Assembly (NCBI RefSeq): GCF_009914755.1
Contig: NC_060940.1
Reading direction: 5' to 3' (one strand)
Length of the DNA: 64,000 nucleotides
From: the human T2T-CHM13v2.0 reference genome, Homo sapiens
The notes under the pieces are model-generated. The model was not told where the DNA came from. It did not search any database and saw only the letters and a program-made list of their open reading frames with translations. Shown in pieces: positions 12,631 to 26,964 of the stretch (its first letter is position 1; each line of letters opens with the position of its first letter). The position numbers and the translations under genes are program-made.

Positions 12631-14724
12631 CCTAGTGAGGATTTAAGGGGTGGGCTTTGATTTCCATACCCACATTGGAGACTGTAACATACCAGAGTGG
12701 TCCAAAAGAAGTCCACATTTCATGAGGAACTACTTAGGTCTTCTTGAGGAAATGTTGAAGAAGCTTTTCAACCTAATATTTGGAATCTAAAACTTTAGAG
12801 CTTCAGATAATAAAGAGGCAGAAGAGATTCAGTTTGGTAAAAGTATTCTGAGATCCTGAGAGTCACTCTGCAGCACAGAGTGAAATCTTGTCAAGGTCCC
12901 TGGCTCTGTGTCAGTGACTTGGGACTCAATTGACTTTCAGTGAAGACCCAGAGTAATCTATGTAAATATCTTAGGAGTAGTGAGCAAGACATCTGAAGGA
13001 ACACTCTCACTTGTTGGTGGGACTTTCTTACTCCTCCAAGAGTAAGGAGGAAAGAGACTCTGCAAAGACAGCCAAAGAAGGCATTAGAAACCCTGGCTGC
13101 ACAAGGCAGGCATCAGAAGCCCCTGGTATGGCAACTTCCATTCATGTTGTCAGGTGGCTGGCACCACTCTAGGCAGGGAGAACAAGAGTGGAATGGGTGG
13201 CAGATATAGGATGTATTTAAATTCAGCCAAATAAAATGTTTCAGGTTCTCAAGCTTCTTCTAGAACAAGAGACAGAGCATAACACCCTTGAAGCTCCTCT
13301 GATTTGTCTTTGTGCAGAGATGGTACAAACTTCCATTTGTAGCCCTGCTATAAAATACAGGCATATCCTTGATGTTGCTGTTTTCTGGGGGAAGAAAGGA
13401 TCAACTCTGTATCACTGTTCCCTGCATAGAATAACTAAAACAGAATGCCTCATAGCGTGTAAAGGTATTTCGAACAAGAACAGTATTAAAAAAAAATTCT
13501 CAAAACCTCCAGTTTATTTTTCCAAGCCTAGGTTGATCTGGCCTAATCTTTTTCCATGGGACATTTTCCTCTGTTCTGTCTTTTTTGGCTCCAGACTCAA
13601 TATAAAAAAAATATTGTTTAAAAAATGAAACAGATGGCTGACATCATAAGGAAAGACCTGACGGGGTTTCTGGAAAGGACGTAGAGGTCCAAGGATTGTT
13701 TTGAAACTTTTCCTGCTCTTGTCCTTGAGGACAAAAACTGGGAGGAAAGAGGTGGAGAGGTGATATAAAACTGATTAGAATTTGGCAGGGGAAAAAAAAA
13801 CACAAACTCCTGGAAGATAGGCACATTCTATAGACTTGGCTGAAAAATCTTGTTTCTCCAATTTTGCTGAGATATACAATATAATTTTATCTTATTTATT
13901 GTCACTATCATTATTATTATTATTATTGAAGGAAGCTGAGTTAGAAGAACTTGCCTTGAGTAATAATTAGAAGAACATAACAAGATGCTTCTCTACTGAC
14001 TTCCAGCGAGAAGATTCTATATAATTGTTCTATTGACAGTGTTTTGAGAGATGTGACGCTGAAGAATAAACAAATCTAAAAATTATTAGGCATGATGGCT
14101 TGCCAATTAGATGTTAATTCATTCTAAATGGTTGATCAGCTTCAAGGGAAGTGTGCAGATGCACACTGCCATTTCATTGATTTTGTGCTCAGTATTGATG
14201 AAGGAGGATGGGACTTCATGCTCTGTGAGGAAAGATACATTTAGCACGATCACGGCAGCCATTGGGAATGAAGAAGCCCCAGCTGATGGCTTAAGAAAGG
14301 AAAAAAGATGATCCCAGAGAACCAACTGGTGAATAAACAACAAGTCTACAGGCTGCAAGGCTTGTGTCTGGTGAAGGAAAAGCAGAAAGCCTGTTTTGAG
14401 TTCCAACCCATAAAAATATGAGCATCAGCAGTACTTTTTGTAAAATAAATGAGGTGCCAGGGCTCACATGATGTTAAATTATGAAATGTCTTCCTCCCTC
14501 CTCCTCTCTTCCTATATTCCTCCTCCCCTCTTCTTTATTCCCACTAACTTGTGAACTTGTTGTTCTTGCCAGAGGAGTCAGTAGAGGTGGGAATGTTAAT
14601 TTATTGAAGGCCTTCCCAATGAATGGTGTTTGTAAGCTGCTGGTGAGTTGGTGAGCTGAACAGATGTACGTCGTGTAAGTAACCTTCTAGAGCAGGGAAA
14701 ATGGAGTTACAAACTCCTGATTTC

Positions 14725-15150
14725 TTTCAATTTAAATCAATTTACTAAATATTAATTAGTTACTACTCTGTGACAGGTAGCAGTTGCAGCTACAAAGGAA
14801 GTAAACGAGGTAGGATGTGCTCTCAGGAAACAGTCTAGGATGAAAGACAGACAACAAAGACATCATCATGCAAAGTGATGAGTATCATTCTAAGAAATGG
14901 AGAGGCACAGAAACAAGATAAACTAGTTGTATATGGTGATGAGATTGCTCAGGAAAGTCTTTTTTAAATGCTTAAGATTTGAGTCAGTTTTGAAGAGGAG
15001 AATGAAATGGGTTTGCATTTTAAACGAGGGGGAAGGTATGGAACTCCAGGAAGCAGGAGCCACATCTGCAAGGCACGGAAGTGAGAAATGTCTGGTGTGT
15101 TACAAAATAATCCAAGTACTTTGGTATCGATAAAGTACAGTTTTGTATAA
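14725..15150 (-). mobile_element. L2 fragment
   Basis: tactactctgtgacagg...ctctcaggaaacagtctagg...caggaaagtctt...tttgagtcagttttgaag, resembling antisense L2 3' region. Confidence 0.5.
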
Positions 15151-16059
15151 TCAAGTAATGAAGTGCAGATCTGCAGAAAGCCATCAGACAGCAGGATTTC
15201 TCCAAAGAAAGAAGAAAAAATGGAGTTTGGTGAACTCCATCGTTAGCTAGCAGGGAGGACAGGAGTTCAATGCAGCTTCTAGTTCCATGTGTGAAGTTAA
15301 CAAAGGATAAAGATAGCAAAGTGTCAAACACCGGAACTTCTGATACTTTCCCATACATGTTAATCTCTTCTCGTTCCGTCAAAATAGTTACCAGTGAAAC
15401 TTTAAAAGGAATATGGGTCTTTGGGCATTTTTCTTCAAGAGAAGCAAAACAAAGAGGAACTGGGAAACTACCACACAGGCAGGGGTGCAAACTTCCCCAG
15501 GGCATCAGAGTAGGTTAAGGCAGCTATAGAGAAAGAAAGCCAAGTGGACTATAATAGTAAACCTCATCATGGGGGACGGGGAATGAGTGGTATGCATGAA
15601 ATACCTGTTCGAATCTGAGAAAGGGCCCAGGGTTATGGGACAGTTACTAAGAAAGGATATTTTTTTCCTCACGTATAAATCAGTCCAAAGCATGCTTTCT
15701 CAATGTGAACAAGATGTCTCCTGGCCCCAGGAAAAGACATGAGGCTGCATCCAACACCATACCAAGGTCTGGAAGAATCAACAAGCTTGCTATTCTCTGC
15801 TTTTGGTGCTAAATAATACTGACCTGAGAACCTTGTCTAAGAATGGAATGGGTTTATTAATTTTGATAACCAAGGGAATCAGCCACTTTGGAAGCAAAGT
15901 GAAAATATACAACTTATTTTTTAGAAGCAAAACTTAAAACCCTTCCAGAAAAAAAAGAAACATAACACAAAACCATATACTCAGAATCGTTAGATTCTGG
16001 AGAGGAAATACAATATAGAGACTAGAATCTAAATGCTGCTAAATAAATGGAATTCTCTA

Positions 16060-16232
16060 AGCCAAGCACAGTGATGTACTCCTGTAGTCACAGCTACTGG
16101 GTAGGCTGAGGCAGGAGGAGCACTTGAGCCCAGGAGTCCAAGGCTGTTGTGCACTATGATCATGCCTGCGAATAATCACTGCCTTCCAGCCTGGGCAACA
16201 AAGGGAGACCCTGTAACTGGAAAAAAAAAAAA
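16060..16232 (+). mobile_element. FAM (fossil Alu monomer)
   Basis: Single monomer with 7SL-like core gctgttgtgcactatgatcatgcctgcgaataatcactgc; A-tail; flanking direct repeat aaatggaattc. Confidence 0.85.
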
Positions 16233-16940
16233 GAAAGGAAAAAGAAATGGAAATGGAATTCATCCCAATCTCTCCTTTCTGAATAGACAGAGAGTCTGAC
16301 GGGTACATATATGGTGGAAAGATGGACTGCTTCATGTGCAAAAAGGAGTAACCATGCTGCCTATCACATGGAGTCACACGGGGAGCTACTTACTGAAAAT
16401 GTCTTCCTTCTCAAATATCTGACATACAGTAACTTCTCCATATTTATGCCCTAGGAGGAACAGCTGAAGAATGTACAATGACTAATGGTCTCCCTGTGGG
16501 GGCTGGGGAGATCAAATTCATGAAATTATTTCCTATTTATTTAAACTCATAGTGTTGGAATTAATCATTTAATTTCAGCAAGATGTTTCAGAGGTGTGGA
16601 ATGTTGGATGTCTATTGAATAATGGCATTCTAAAAAAAGTGGTAAGGTCTCATTACAGAGATACTTATCTCTTCTTGACATCGGCATTGAGATGTAGGTT
16701 TAGCAGTAGCCTCACAGATGAGGAAACTGAGGTTGAGTAACTCAAGCTTCCATTGCTACTAAGTGGAAGAATAAAAATCAATAAAAAGGACTGCCTCATC
16801 AAAAATAATGCTCTTTTCAACAAAGATTCAGGGACAACTGGATATCCATATGCAAAAGAATGAATTTGGATCCTAGCTCCACATCATACACAAAAATTAA
16901 CTCAAAATGGATCTTAGAATTAAATGTAAGAGCTAAAACT

Positions 16941-17013
16941 CAGACTGCCATGACACAAGTTTACCTATGTAACAAACCTACATATGAACCCCTTAACTTA
17001 AAAGTTAAAAAAA
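16941..17013 (+). mobile_element. Very short L1PA13-like 3' terminus
   Basis: catgacacaagtttacctatgtaacaaacctacatatgaaccccttaacttaaaagttaaaaaaa; homologous to the reverse complement of 11720-11795. Confidence 0.8.
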
Positions 17014-17532
17014 TTTCTCAATATTTTAATGTGTGGATAAATAAAAACTAATTTCTCAGTAGTAAGAACAATGGTCTTAGAGATAATAGGACCTGTGATT
17101 GCTTTCCAAGTTTACCAGTAAATAGCTGTATACTGAAGGTTATATTGCCTAACATAGTCAGCTGGCCAGTAATTCAATTATCCATTTCTTAGATGTTCAA
17201 TATATGACAGATTCTGATCAAAGTAACAGAAATTATGTAGAGAACAAAACAAGAGCTGCCCCTCTCTAATGGATAAACAATGGTTTCCTGGATAAGACAC
17301 TAAAAGCACAAGTGAAAACAGGAAAAAAAAATAGATAAATTGAATAACATCAAAATTAAATACTCTCGTGCTGCAAAATATATTATAAATGAAAAGACAA
17401 CTTACTATTCAATAATATAGAGACAACCCAATGAAAACATAGGAAAAAAATTGATGTTTCTCCCAAAAGGTATACAATGGTTAATACATACATAAAAAGA
17501 TGCTCAACATTCTTAGTCATTAAAGAAATGCA

Positions 17533-17859
<327 letters not shown>

Positions 17860-18649
17860 TTATACTCATTAGGATAGCTAAAATCAAATGGATAGACAAC
17901 ACGTGTGGGTGAGCATGTGGGAAAATTGGAAGTTTCCTACAATGCTGGTGGAAATGTAAAATGGAACAGTCACTTTGGAAAACAGTTTGAAAGTTCCTCA
18001 AAATGTTAAACATAGATTTATCCTGTGACCCAGCAATTGCAGCCTTAGATATATACCTATGATAACTGAGAATGTACACCTGCACAAAAACTGGTACATA
18101 AACAATGCATAGCAGCATTATTCATAATAGTCAAAAGGTGGAAACAACTCATATATCCATCAACTGATGTTAAGATAAATACAATGTGATATAACCATAC
18201 AATAGACTATTATTCAGCAATACAAGTGAAGTTCTGATACATGCTAACACATGGGGATAAATCCTGAGACATTATCATAAGTATAAGAACCACTCACAGA
18301 AGACCACGTATCCTATGATCCCATTTACCTGAAATGTCCAGAAGAAGCCAATCAACAGAAACAAAAAGTGGATTTAGTGGTTGCGTAGGACTGGGGATGG
18401 GGAGTGACTGTTATGGATGTGGGACTTCTTTTCAGAGAGATATAAATATTCTAGAATGAGGTTATGGTTACGGTTGCACAACCCAGTGTGTTTACTAAAA
18501 ATATTACATATTGAACTTGAAATGATTTGTGTATGGCAAGTGGATTACCTCAATTAAGCTGCTTTAAAAATACAGGTTAACAGTCAAACAAACAAGTAGA
18601 AAACCCATGTTCTTTTACTATGTAGCATTTAAACAGTACACTATACTCC

Positions 18650-18870
18650 CAGAGTGGGATCTAGATTCATGCAAATTACTTCTAATCACAGTTCTCTCAC
18701 TCACTACCTCTGTGACTTTTGGTAGCATACCTTCTGGGCCTCAGTTTTTTTCCCTCTTAAAGTAGAAATAACAGTGCCCATGTCCTGGGATTGCCATGAG
18801 GATTAAACAGCGTACTTAAATGCTTAGCAGAGAGCCTGGTACACCTAAGTACCTTGTTAATTGTTGCCTT
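18650..18870 (+). mobile_element. MIR
   Basis: tgtgacttttgg...tctgggcctcagttttttccctc...tgaggattaaa...gcctggtacac. Confidence 0.75.
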
Positions 18871-19029
18871 TTTTTTCATTCTTCCATTTTGCAAAAGGGA
18901 TCCAGGCTTAGTCATGTCTGCCACTTCCTAACACCTGCAAACACGGCTCCCACCTGAATAGCAGTCACCATGTTTAATGGCTTTGTTTATTGTTGATGCT
19001 TGGTGTTCACACATGATAACACTCAACCG

Positions 19030-19260
19030 AGCAGCAGAATATATTGAGAAGAGCATGGACTTGTTCAAGATAGAAATAGGTCCAAAATGTGTTTCTTCCG
19101 TGATGGCTTATGAACTAATCCTTTCAAGCTTCAGTTTTATTAATCAATAAATGAGTCAGTAATGTCTGCCTAGGAAGGTTGTTATGAGGATCAGACACTG
19201 TGAACTGTGGTAAGATGGAAAACACCAAGCACAGTACTTGCCACTGAAGACACCACTAAT
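19030..19260 (+). mobile_element. MIR
   Basis: aagcttcagttttattaatc...ggttgttatgaggatc. Confidence 0.55.
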
Positions 19261-20719
19261 ATGAGCTCCCTTCTCTTTCCTTGCCTTCCATGCTTTCAGC
19301 CTCAATAAAATAAAATGATCTAATAAGGGAACAAAAATCCTCTTGACACGACAGAGAAAAAAACCACCTTGGCTGATATTTCCTCTGCCAAAAAGATCTT
19401 ATCCAGAGCTTCTTAAATGACTCCAATTAAGAGGTATTTTTTGAAGACACACACGTACAGGGTTTTTTCCCCCTCTTTTTGCAGTGATCAGTTTAGACAG
19501 AAAGAAATAGACAGACTACTTCAATTTCACATAGAATTTGATGAAAAATTTAGAACTCTAACCACTCCTGTTCCCTAAATTGGCATTTATTAGAGTTATG
19601 AGGAGAGGTTGCAAGAGAAAACTACATCAAAAATATGCACAGGGCTTTTGGAGAGATACTTTCTGGAAGTGATGCTGTCTTACTGTCAGTCTTTGAAAGA
19701 AATATCAAAAAGGTAATGTGAGCTGAAGCTTAAGATTTCTCAATATGTCCATTTCAGTTACAAAGGATTTTTATGCTCCATTTCAGACATTATTTAAACA
19801 TTGTTATTCCTGCAAACATGCCACACAGAGATAAGGTTTTGCTCTGAACCACATCGAAATGCAGATTGGTCTAGAAAGTCAGTTTCAAAGTGCCTTCTTG
19901 GAGGTAACTCTTTACTAAGCCTTGGAGAAATTTCAATTGCAAACCTTCAGTGGGGGGGATGGGGTTTAAGATTTGTAATATTCTTTTTAATCATGTGAGT
20001 CGCACAACACCGGTACAGTTATAATCTGAATAGAGTTGCTGGAAACATCAGGGCATTATACTGTAGCTGCTTCATTTAATCTAATGGTCCACATTTAGGT
20101 CATTTCTATGCATTTTAATCTATTTAATGATCACCTTTCTTGGGAGATTTACAGCAGCTAGGTGTCAGGGGTTCTGGTACCTAGGAGCCATCACGGCACA
20201 ATAAATAGTAGAAAATGCTACTGGAAAATGCATGTTTTGTGTAGATCTGCCCTCATTAAACACCACAGTGATATTTGCTGAGAACCCCCAGGTGTCTCAC
20301 AAGATTTAATAATGAGCATTTTATAGGCATCCAAAGAACAAATTTGATCTTGCTTATTTCGTTAAGTAAAGTAGAATATACTGAAATACTGGATCCTTCG
20401 GTAGAACAGGTGGACACTTACTTACAGATCATTTCCCTAGATCAGGGTTTTCCTGAATGTTCTATGAAAGATGAGCAAATGTAGCTCCCTACAGTCTAGG
20501 AGATTTAGAGTTAACTGTATTCACTCATTCAAGGTTCTGAAGAAGTCCTGCAAAGGGATGTATTTTGCTTGTTTGTGTAGTCTAACGTTTCCCAAACCAA
20601 GTTAATTACAGAAACTATCTTCACCTTGTAACCTCTTTCAACATCTTGTAGAACATACTTCAGGAAGGAGAGCCTTAGCCTATACCTAATATCAGATTTT
20701 CACTGGAAAAATAAAACAT

Positions 20720-20925
20720 AAGTTTGCAGACAGACATGTCTGGGCTTCTGTCTGGAACTTACACGCATTGCAATCTCACATCATAAGCTACTTCAGCTCT
20801 CAGAGCCTTACTTTCACCTTTTGGAAAAATAAAGATAATAATAGCTACCTTGCAGTATTACTGTAAGGTTCAAGTGAGAATATGTATGCCAAATGATTAG
20901 GAAAGCAGCTGGCACGTAGTAGGTT
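20720..20925 (+). mobile_element. MIR
   Basis: ctctcagagccttactttcacc...ataataatagctaccttgcag...gctggcacgtagtagg. Confidence 0.7.
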
Positions 20926-20940
20926 TAAATTCACCTTAGC

Positions 20941-21274
<334 letters not shown>

Positions 21275-21429
21275 CTATTCTATGAAATCTCTAAAAGACT
21301 GGAAATATAATCATGAATAAGATGCTTCCTGCTTTGCAGAATCTTATATATTTTTTCAAATGAAAGCCCGGCCTCTGTTTTAGACAGCCCTCTGGACAGA
21401 CATTTTGGGAAGCCGATAAAGGAGATCTC

Positions 21430-21605
21430 ACTGTAAATGAGCACTTACCATATGCCCCATGTAAAGTCTGCAGTGCCTCATTTAAGCATCACAGCAATGC
21501 CATGAAGTGGGCATTTCCTATGAGACAACTACGTTTACTAGAAATACGTGACATGTCTGAGATCACACAGCCAGAACTGGAAAAGTAGAAAATAAACCCA
21601 GAATT
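21430..21605 (-). mobile_element. MIR
   Basis: tgagcacttaccatatgcc...ctcatttaagcatcacagcaatgccatgaagtggg...agatcacacagc. Confidence 0.65.
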
Positions 21606-24006
21606 ATCTCCTTGAGAAGAACCTGTTCTTAGCAACCACTGGGTTGTTACTTATCATTAAGAACTTGTTCTTAATCCTCCCAGTCTGGAATAAATGACCA
21701 GTCATAAGGCACTTGAAGAGAAAGAAGAGGAAAAAAAGAAAGGTAGAAAGAAAATTAAAAGAGAAGAAAGTCACAGAGCAAGAACATGAATGAGACATGG
21801 GGCAGCTGGATCATGTGTGACAACCAAATGGGGCCTCAGGGGATGCTGCTGCGGCTCTGTTTGGCAGAAGTCTGCAAAATATTGGGAATCTGTCACAACT
21901 TGGCAAATGACATGTCACATTAGCCAGTAAAGCTCAGAGTGATTAATACAGATTAAAATATTATTTCACGTGCCAGGATTTTGTCCATCAGGTATATGTA
22001 CAAAATGGTAGAAATTTCTCTATACTCCCAACTCAATGGCCTCAAATAGTTGTATTATTTCTCTAGGAGTTTGTGGGCTATAACTTAGACTTTTGTGAAA
22101 CACTATCAGTAAAGGTGAGAGAGATTACAAGAGTTTAATTAACTTTGAAGCAATAGAAGAGTGGTGATGAGAATATGATGTTTTAGTGACATAAGTTTGG
22201 AATTGAAGATGATTTTGAGTGGATTAAGAAAAGCCTCTAAGGACCCTGCGTTCAAATAATTTCGAAAAGTGATGAAAGAGTTATCTTTGAATATTTAGAA
22301 TGGAGTCATCTTAAACAGTCAAGAAATCTGTACTTTTGAACATCTTTATGCATAATTATAATGGTTAGAAAATCATTTAGAAAGTTGGTTTATGTCAATA
22401 GAACTATGTTCATCTAATTTATCTAATAAATTAAAATATATTCATTCAATTTCTATCTATCATGGATTTCCTAATACCTAGAATTGGGATGAACAAAGAA
22501 GACACAAAGATGAATGAGCCCTGGACATCTGCTGCATGGAGCTCGCTGAGGGAAAGAGATGTAAAAGTCATACTAGCTTAGTGAAATGGGTTCCAGGAGA
22601 AGACCATGTTGGGAGAATAGCCAGTGAAATGAGTCATCTTAATAGGGGAAGAACTAAAAGAGGATGTCCACAGGAGATGGTGTTCAAGTTACATGTTGAA
22701 GAAGGCTAAGACTTTGACGGGGAGATGGTGGGCAAGGAGAATCCCAAACAGAGGAAACCCTCAAACGGAGGAAATTTTTAGGGCAACGTCAAGAAGGCAA
22801 GGAGGTGTGAGGTAGCTATGCATACTTCCGAGTGCAGTTAGCCTGGAGTGCTAAAGTCCATGCCCCCAAGAGGACATTGTGTGAACTGAAACTACTGGGC
22901 AAGAAGGCTCCCGGTCCTTGTGGGCTTCAAAGGTCATGTCTATGACTTCCCATGGGGAACAGAAAGCCACAGAAGGACTTCAGCAAGACAAAGATGAATG
23001 CACATTACGTAAAGGACAACCCAAGCATCTCCACGGAAGAGACTCTGCAGTTAGGTAAAGCATCTTATGAGATATAGAGACATTGTGGAATAGTCAGAAA
23101 GGGTCCCTTGGGCATCTTTCTAACATGCAGCCATCCTTACTGAAATCTGCACTCTAGACAGCATGATTTAGTCCCTCCCTTCAGTAAAGGATAAAATCTT
23201 CCTATATAACCTCTGCATGAAATCTCAGATCCTTTAGTAGAATTTTGAGTCATATTGCATAAAATAGCATGGCTGAGGCAAACTTTGACTTCTACATATT
23301 TTATGTGGTATATTTCATAGAGTCAGAAGTTCAGGATTGAAAGAAGCATCAAAGACAATTTAATTTGACCCTTCTGTTAATGCTTGAATCACTTCTATGA
23401 GATTCCTGTCACAGTTTGCCCAGTCTCTGTCTGATAATGTAGACCAACAGGGAATACATTGTTTGCCCAAATAAAAGTACTAATCATGCCACTGGGGACA
23501 GGGGAACAGGATGGACTGAGACAGGGTAGTGTACAAGCAGGAATTCAGTTCTTGCAGGTAGCAGGAGTCAGACCTGGAGAAGGCAGGGTACATGCTGGGT
23601 GAGTGCAGGGGTTGTGTCCAGGTGGCCAGAGACCACCTGGAGCTGGGGAAACTTGTGGAAATCTCAGTTTACAGGGAAGGGTTGTGTACGTGTAGCAGGA
23701 GTGTCATTCTGAGCAGAAGTCAGCATCCACATCACTGGGATTCATATGCAAATGCTGGAAAGTGAAGTACTGAAGTACTAGGGCTAAGTGTTACCATTTA
23801 GAACCTGGTTGAATCAACCTCCACCCAAAGCCACAGGTGGAGGTTAGGGTCTATGATTTCAGATTGATCACAGGTTGAGATTACAAGTCCAGGGCTGGTA
23901 AAGGGAAAGGCTCAGGAGAAAGGCCATAAAGTGTGAGAGTCTTTGGAGCTGGTTTTATGAGTCATGTCTACAGAGATAAGGTGGAGAATTTAAAAGAAGT
24001 AGATGA

Positions 24007-24321
24007 GGCCAGGCATGGTGGCTAGCACCTTTAATTCCAACACTTTGGGAGGCTGAGGAAGGAGGACTGCTTGAGCCCAAGGGTTTGAGACCAACCTGAG
24101 CACCATAGCGAGACCCCGTATCTAAAAATAAAAATAAAAAAAATAAAAAAATAAATTAGCCAGGCATGGTGGTGCATTCTTGTAGTCCCAGCTACTAGGG
24201 TGGCTGAGGTGGGAGGTCATTTGAGTCCAGGATGTCGAGGCTGCTGTGAGCTGTGATCACACCACTGCACTCCAGCCTGAGTAATAGAACCACACACTGT
24301 TTCAAAAAAAAAAAAAAAAAA
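24007..24321 (+). mobile_element. AluJ (Jo/Jr-like)
   Basis: ggaggactgcttgagcccaag...gtcgaggctgctgtgagctgtgat; TSD core gtagatga. Confidence 0.95.
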
Positions 24322-25429
24322 TGTAGATGAACCTAGACAGAGCCCAGATGAATCAAAGACTGGAAAGAGTATTTAGGACTCCTCTGAATTCAAAATTTGG
24401 TGAGTAGCTACTTATTCAAGGTCATATGGTAGATGTGACTGCCACAAGAGTGGACAGGACAGACTCATCTTTACCTGCAGGGAGTGTATAGTGTACCTCG
24501 TCTATTCATAGCACCCATGGCTGAGATTTGGCTTCATGCACCCTGGTTTGACTTTAAACCCCATTGTGAATTCTTTCAATGTGTAAGCCCCTCTCCATTT
24601 TCCTGTTGCTGCTTTGATTTTAAACACATGAAAATGCTGGACAAAAACAAGCTGCTGGATAATATGAAGAAAGTGCCTTTTAGCAGTCGGGGGGAGTAGG
24701 CTTTGTGTGCTGTAGGGAGGGCGCTTGTTGGGGGATGGGGGGCAAAGAACATCCCTGCACTGATCTTTTTAGGAAATTGGAGAATGAAAAACAAAAGACA
24801 GATTTTCAAACTAGATTTCCTCTCTGAGAGAACATCCTGAGACATTGCTATTAGTCATAGATACATAATTTAAGGGTTCAAAAGAAGTGTCAGAAAACAA
24901 TTTTCATGCCAATTTTTCAAACTCAAAATGGAGGGATGAAAAATATAGGTGGCATAGAGGTCGTGAACATGCATATTCTTCAGGCTTAATGCCTCGATGT
25001 AGCAATTATAAAAATCTGGTAATTGGGCAGTTACTTTATCAGGACACTTGACGTGAAATCAGCTGGGCAGGGGAGAGTCTGGGAGATGGTTTTGAGCATA
25101 AACTTATTGAATAAGAATTTTTTAGATCAGAGCTAATTCAGGAAAAACAGTTTCTTCTGTTATGCTATGGAACAAGATAAAAACAAGATGGAAGCAAATT
25201 AACTTAAATTCTCTCTCCTCCCCCTTTCCTTTTTTTTTTCTCTCTCTCCCACTCACTTTTGCTCTCTTGCTACACACAGATGAGTACACACCATCAACAG
25301 AGCTATTTTAGCTTTGCTAGCATAACTAGTCATTGAACATCAAGATCTAGGAAGAGACACAAAGTAGTCGTATATTTGTAGATACAAGGAAACAAGAAAA
25401 AGTAATGAATATCCAATCCTAAGTCTTCA

Positions 25430-26690
25430 CTTGGCTAGGTAGTGAGCACTTCAAACTCAATACCTCTTAAACTTAACTCATGCTCTCTATGGCAACTCTC
25501 TCCATTTTTTGTTTGTTTTCCCAAATTTGGTAAATAGTACTAACATTCATCTACACCTGCAAATCAAAAACATGGGTGTCATCCTTTATACCTATTTTCC
25601 CTCTCCCTTCTTTTCCAATTAATGTCTATCTTCTATATAGTCCAGTTCCTGAATTGTCCTTAAAATCTATCACTTTTCCCTCTCTCCACCACCGCCATCC
25701 ATGTCCAAGGTACTATTGCTCTGAATGGTTGCCTTGATCTTGGGTTAGTACATGTCCCTTTTGTTCCCAGTTGAATTCACTGTTTCACCTACAGCTGCCC
25801 ACATTATCCTTTTAAAAATGTAAATCTAATCATGCCCTCCATCCTGCCCCATTGCTTAGCAGTTTCTCATTGTTCTTAAGAAATCCTTAATGAAACTACA
25901 TATTCCCTTATAATAAGACCCTGATTTATCACTGTAAATTTGTCTAATAATACTAGAACAATATTTTTTCTTCTCATGACATTAGTATTTGTTTTTCTTG
26001 TAGATCCCTGGATTTGCCATGCTTCTTCTGTCTTCAAGGCCTTCCTTCCTACATGCCTTTCCCTTATTTGTTCCTTAAAATGCAATTTTCCCGTTACCTA
26101 GAAATAAAAGTCTACAAAAGAAGCTTTCCCACACCTCCTAGACTAAGTCAGGTTCCTGTTATGCTTCCCTGATACCGTTTTTTATCATGATTGTTGAAAT
26201 TAGTTGTTTAATAACTAACTATTCTGCTAGAATTGTAAGTTCCATTAATTTAAGAAAAGATGTATGCTGGCCAGGTGCCATGGCTCACGCCTATAATCCC
26301 AGCACTTTGGGAGGCCGAGGCAGGCAGATCACTTGAGGTCAGGAGTTCAAGACCAACCTGACCAACATGGTGAAACCCTGTCTCTACAAAAAAATACAAA
26401 ATTAGCTGGGTGTGGTGGCAGACACCTGTATTCCTAGCCACAGGGAGGTTGAGGCAGGAGAATCACTTGGGCCCAGGAAACAGAGGTTGTGGTGAGCCGA
26501 GATCATGTCACTGTACTCCAGCCTGGGCGACAGAGTGAGACTCTGTGTCAAAAAAAAAAAGAGAAAGAAACAAACAAACAAAAAGGAAAAGATGTATTCA
26601 TGTATTCTGATAACCAATGTATCCTCAGAGCCTGAAAAGGCATCTGAAACTGAGTAATCAAAAGGCACATATAAAATGGATAAATGATTT
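25430..26690 (+). mobile_element. L2 3' region, interrupted by an Alu
   Basis: cacttcaaactcaata...gtgtcatccttt...aaaatgtaaatctaatcatg...ctagaattgtaagttcc...tgtatcctcagagcct. Confidence 0.7.
26269..26584 (+). mobile_element. AluSx-like with 12-bp TSD core
   Basis: gatcacttgaggtcaggagttcaagacc; TSD gaaaagatgtat on both sides. Confidence 0.96.
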
Positions 26691-26831
26691 TCATGGGTGA
26701 TCTTTGATTTCTTATAATCACAATGGATTGTCCTGATGAATCAGATGGGCCCAAGTAAATATAAAGTTCTGAGCCTGAATCCCAAAGATCAATTTTCTGA
26801 GAATACATGGAGGAAAAAAAAAATACATATG

Positions 26832-26838
<7 letters not shown>

Positions 26839-26905
<67 letters not shown>
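26839..26905 (+). repeat. Compound microsatellite (AC)~22(TA)~11
   Basis: Uninterrupted AC run followed directly by a TA run. Confidence 0.97.
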
Positions 26906-26964
26906 AACAGAGAATTCTTGCTTGACTATAAGCTTAATTAAAATGAAATACTGCTGGTTATCAT

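Noticed and set aside
15020-15505. 161-aa minus-strand ORF
   Set aside because: No recognisable domain, partial overlap with an L2 relic, and no supporting exon structure
20439-20680. Possible old hAT/MER-type DNA transposon
   Set aside because: Termini are only vaguely TIR-like and I could not assign a family without a search
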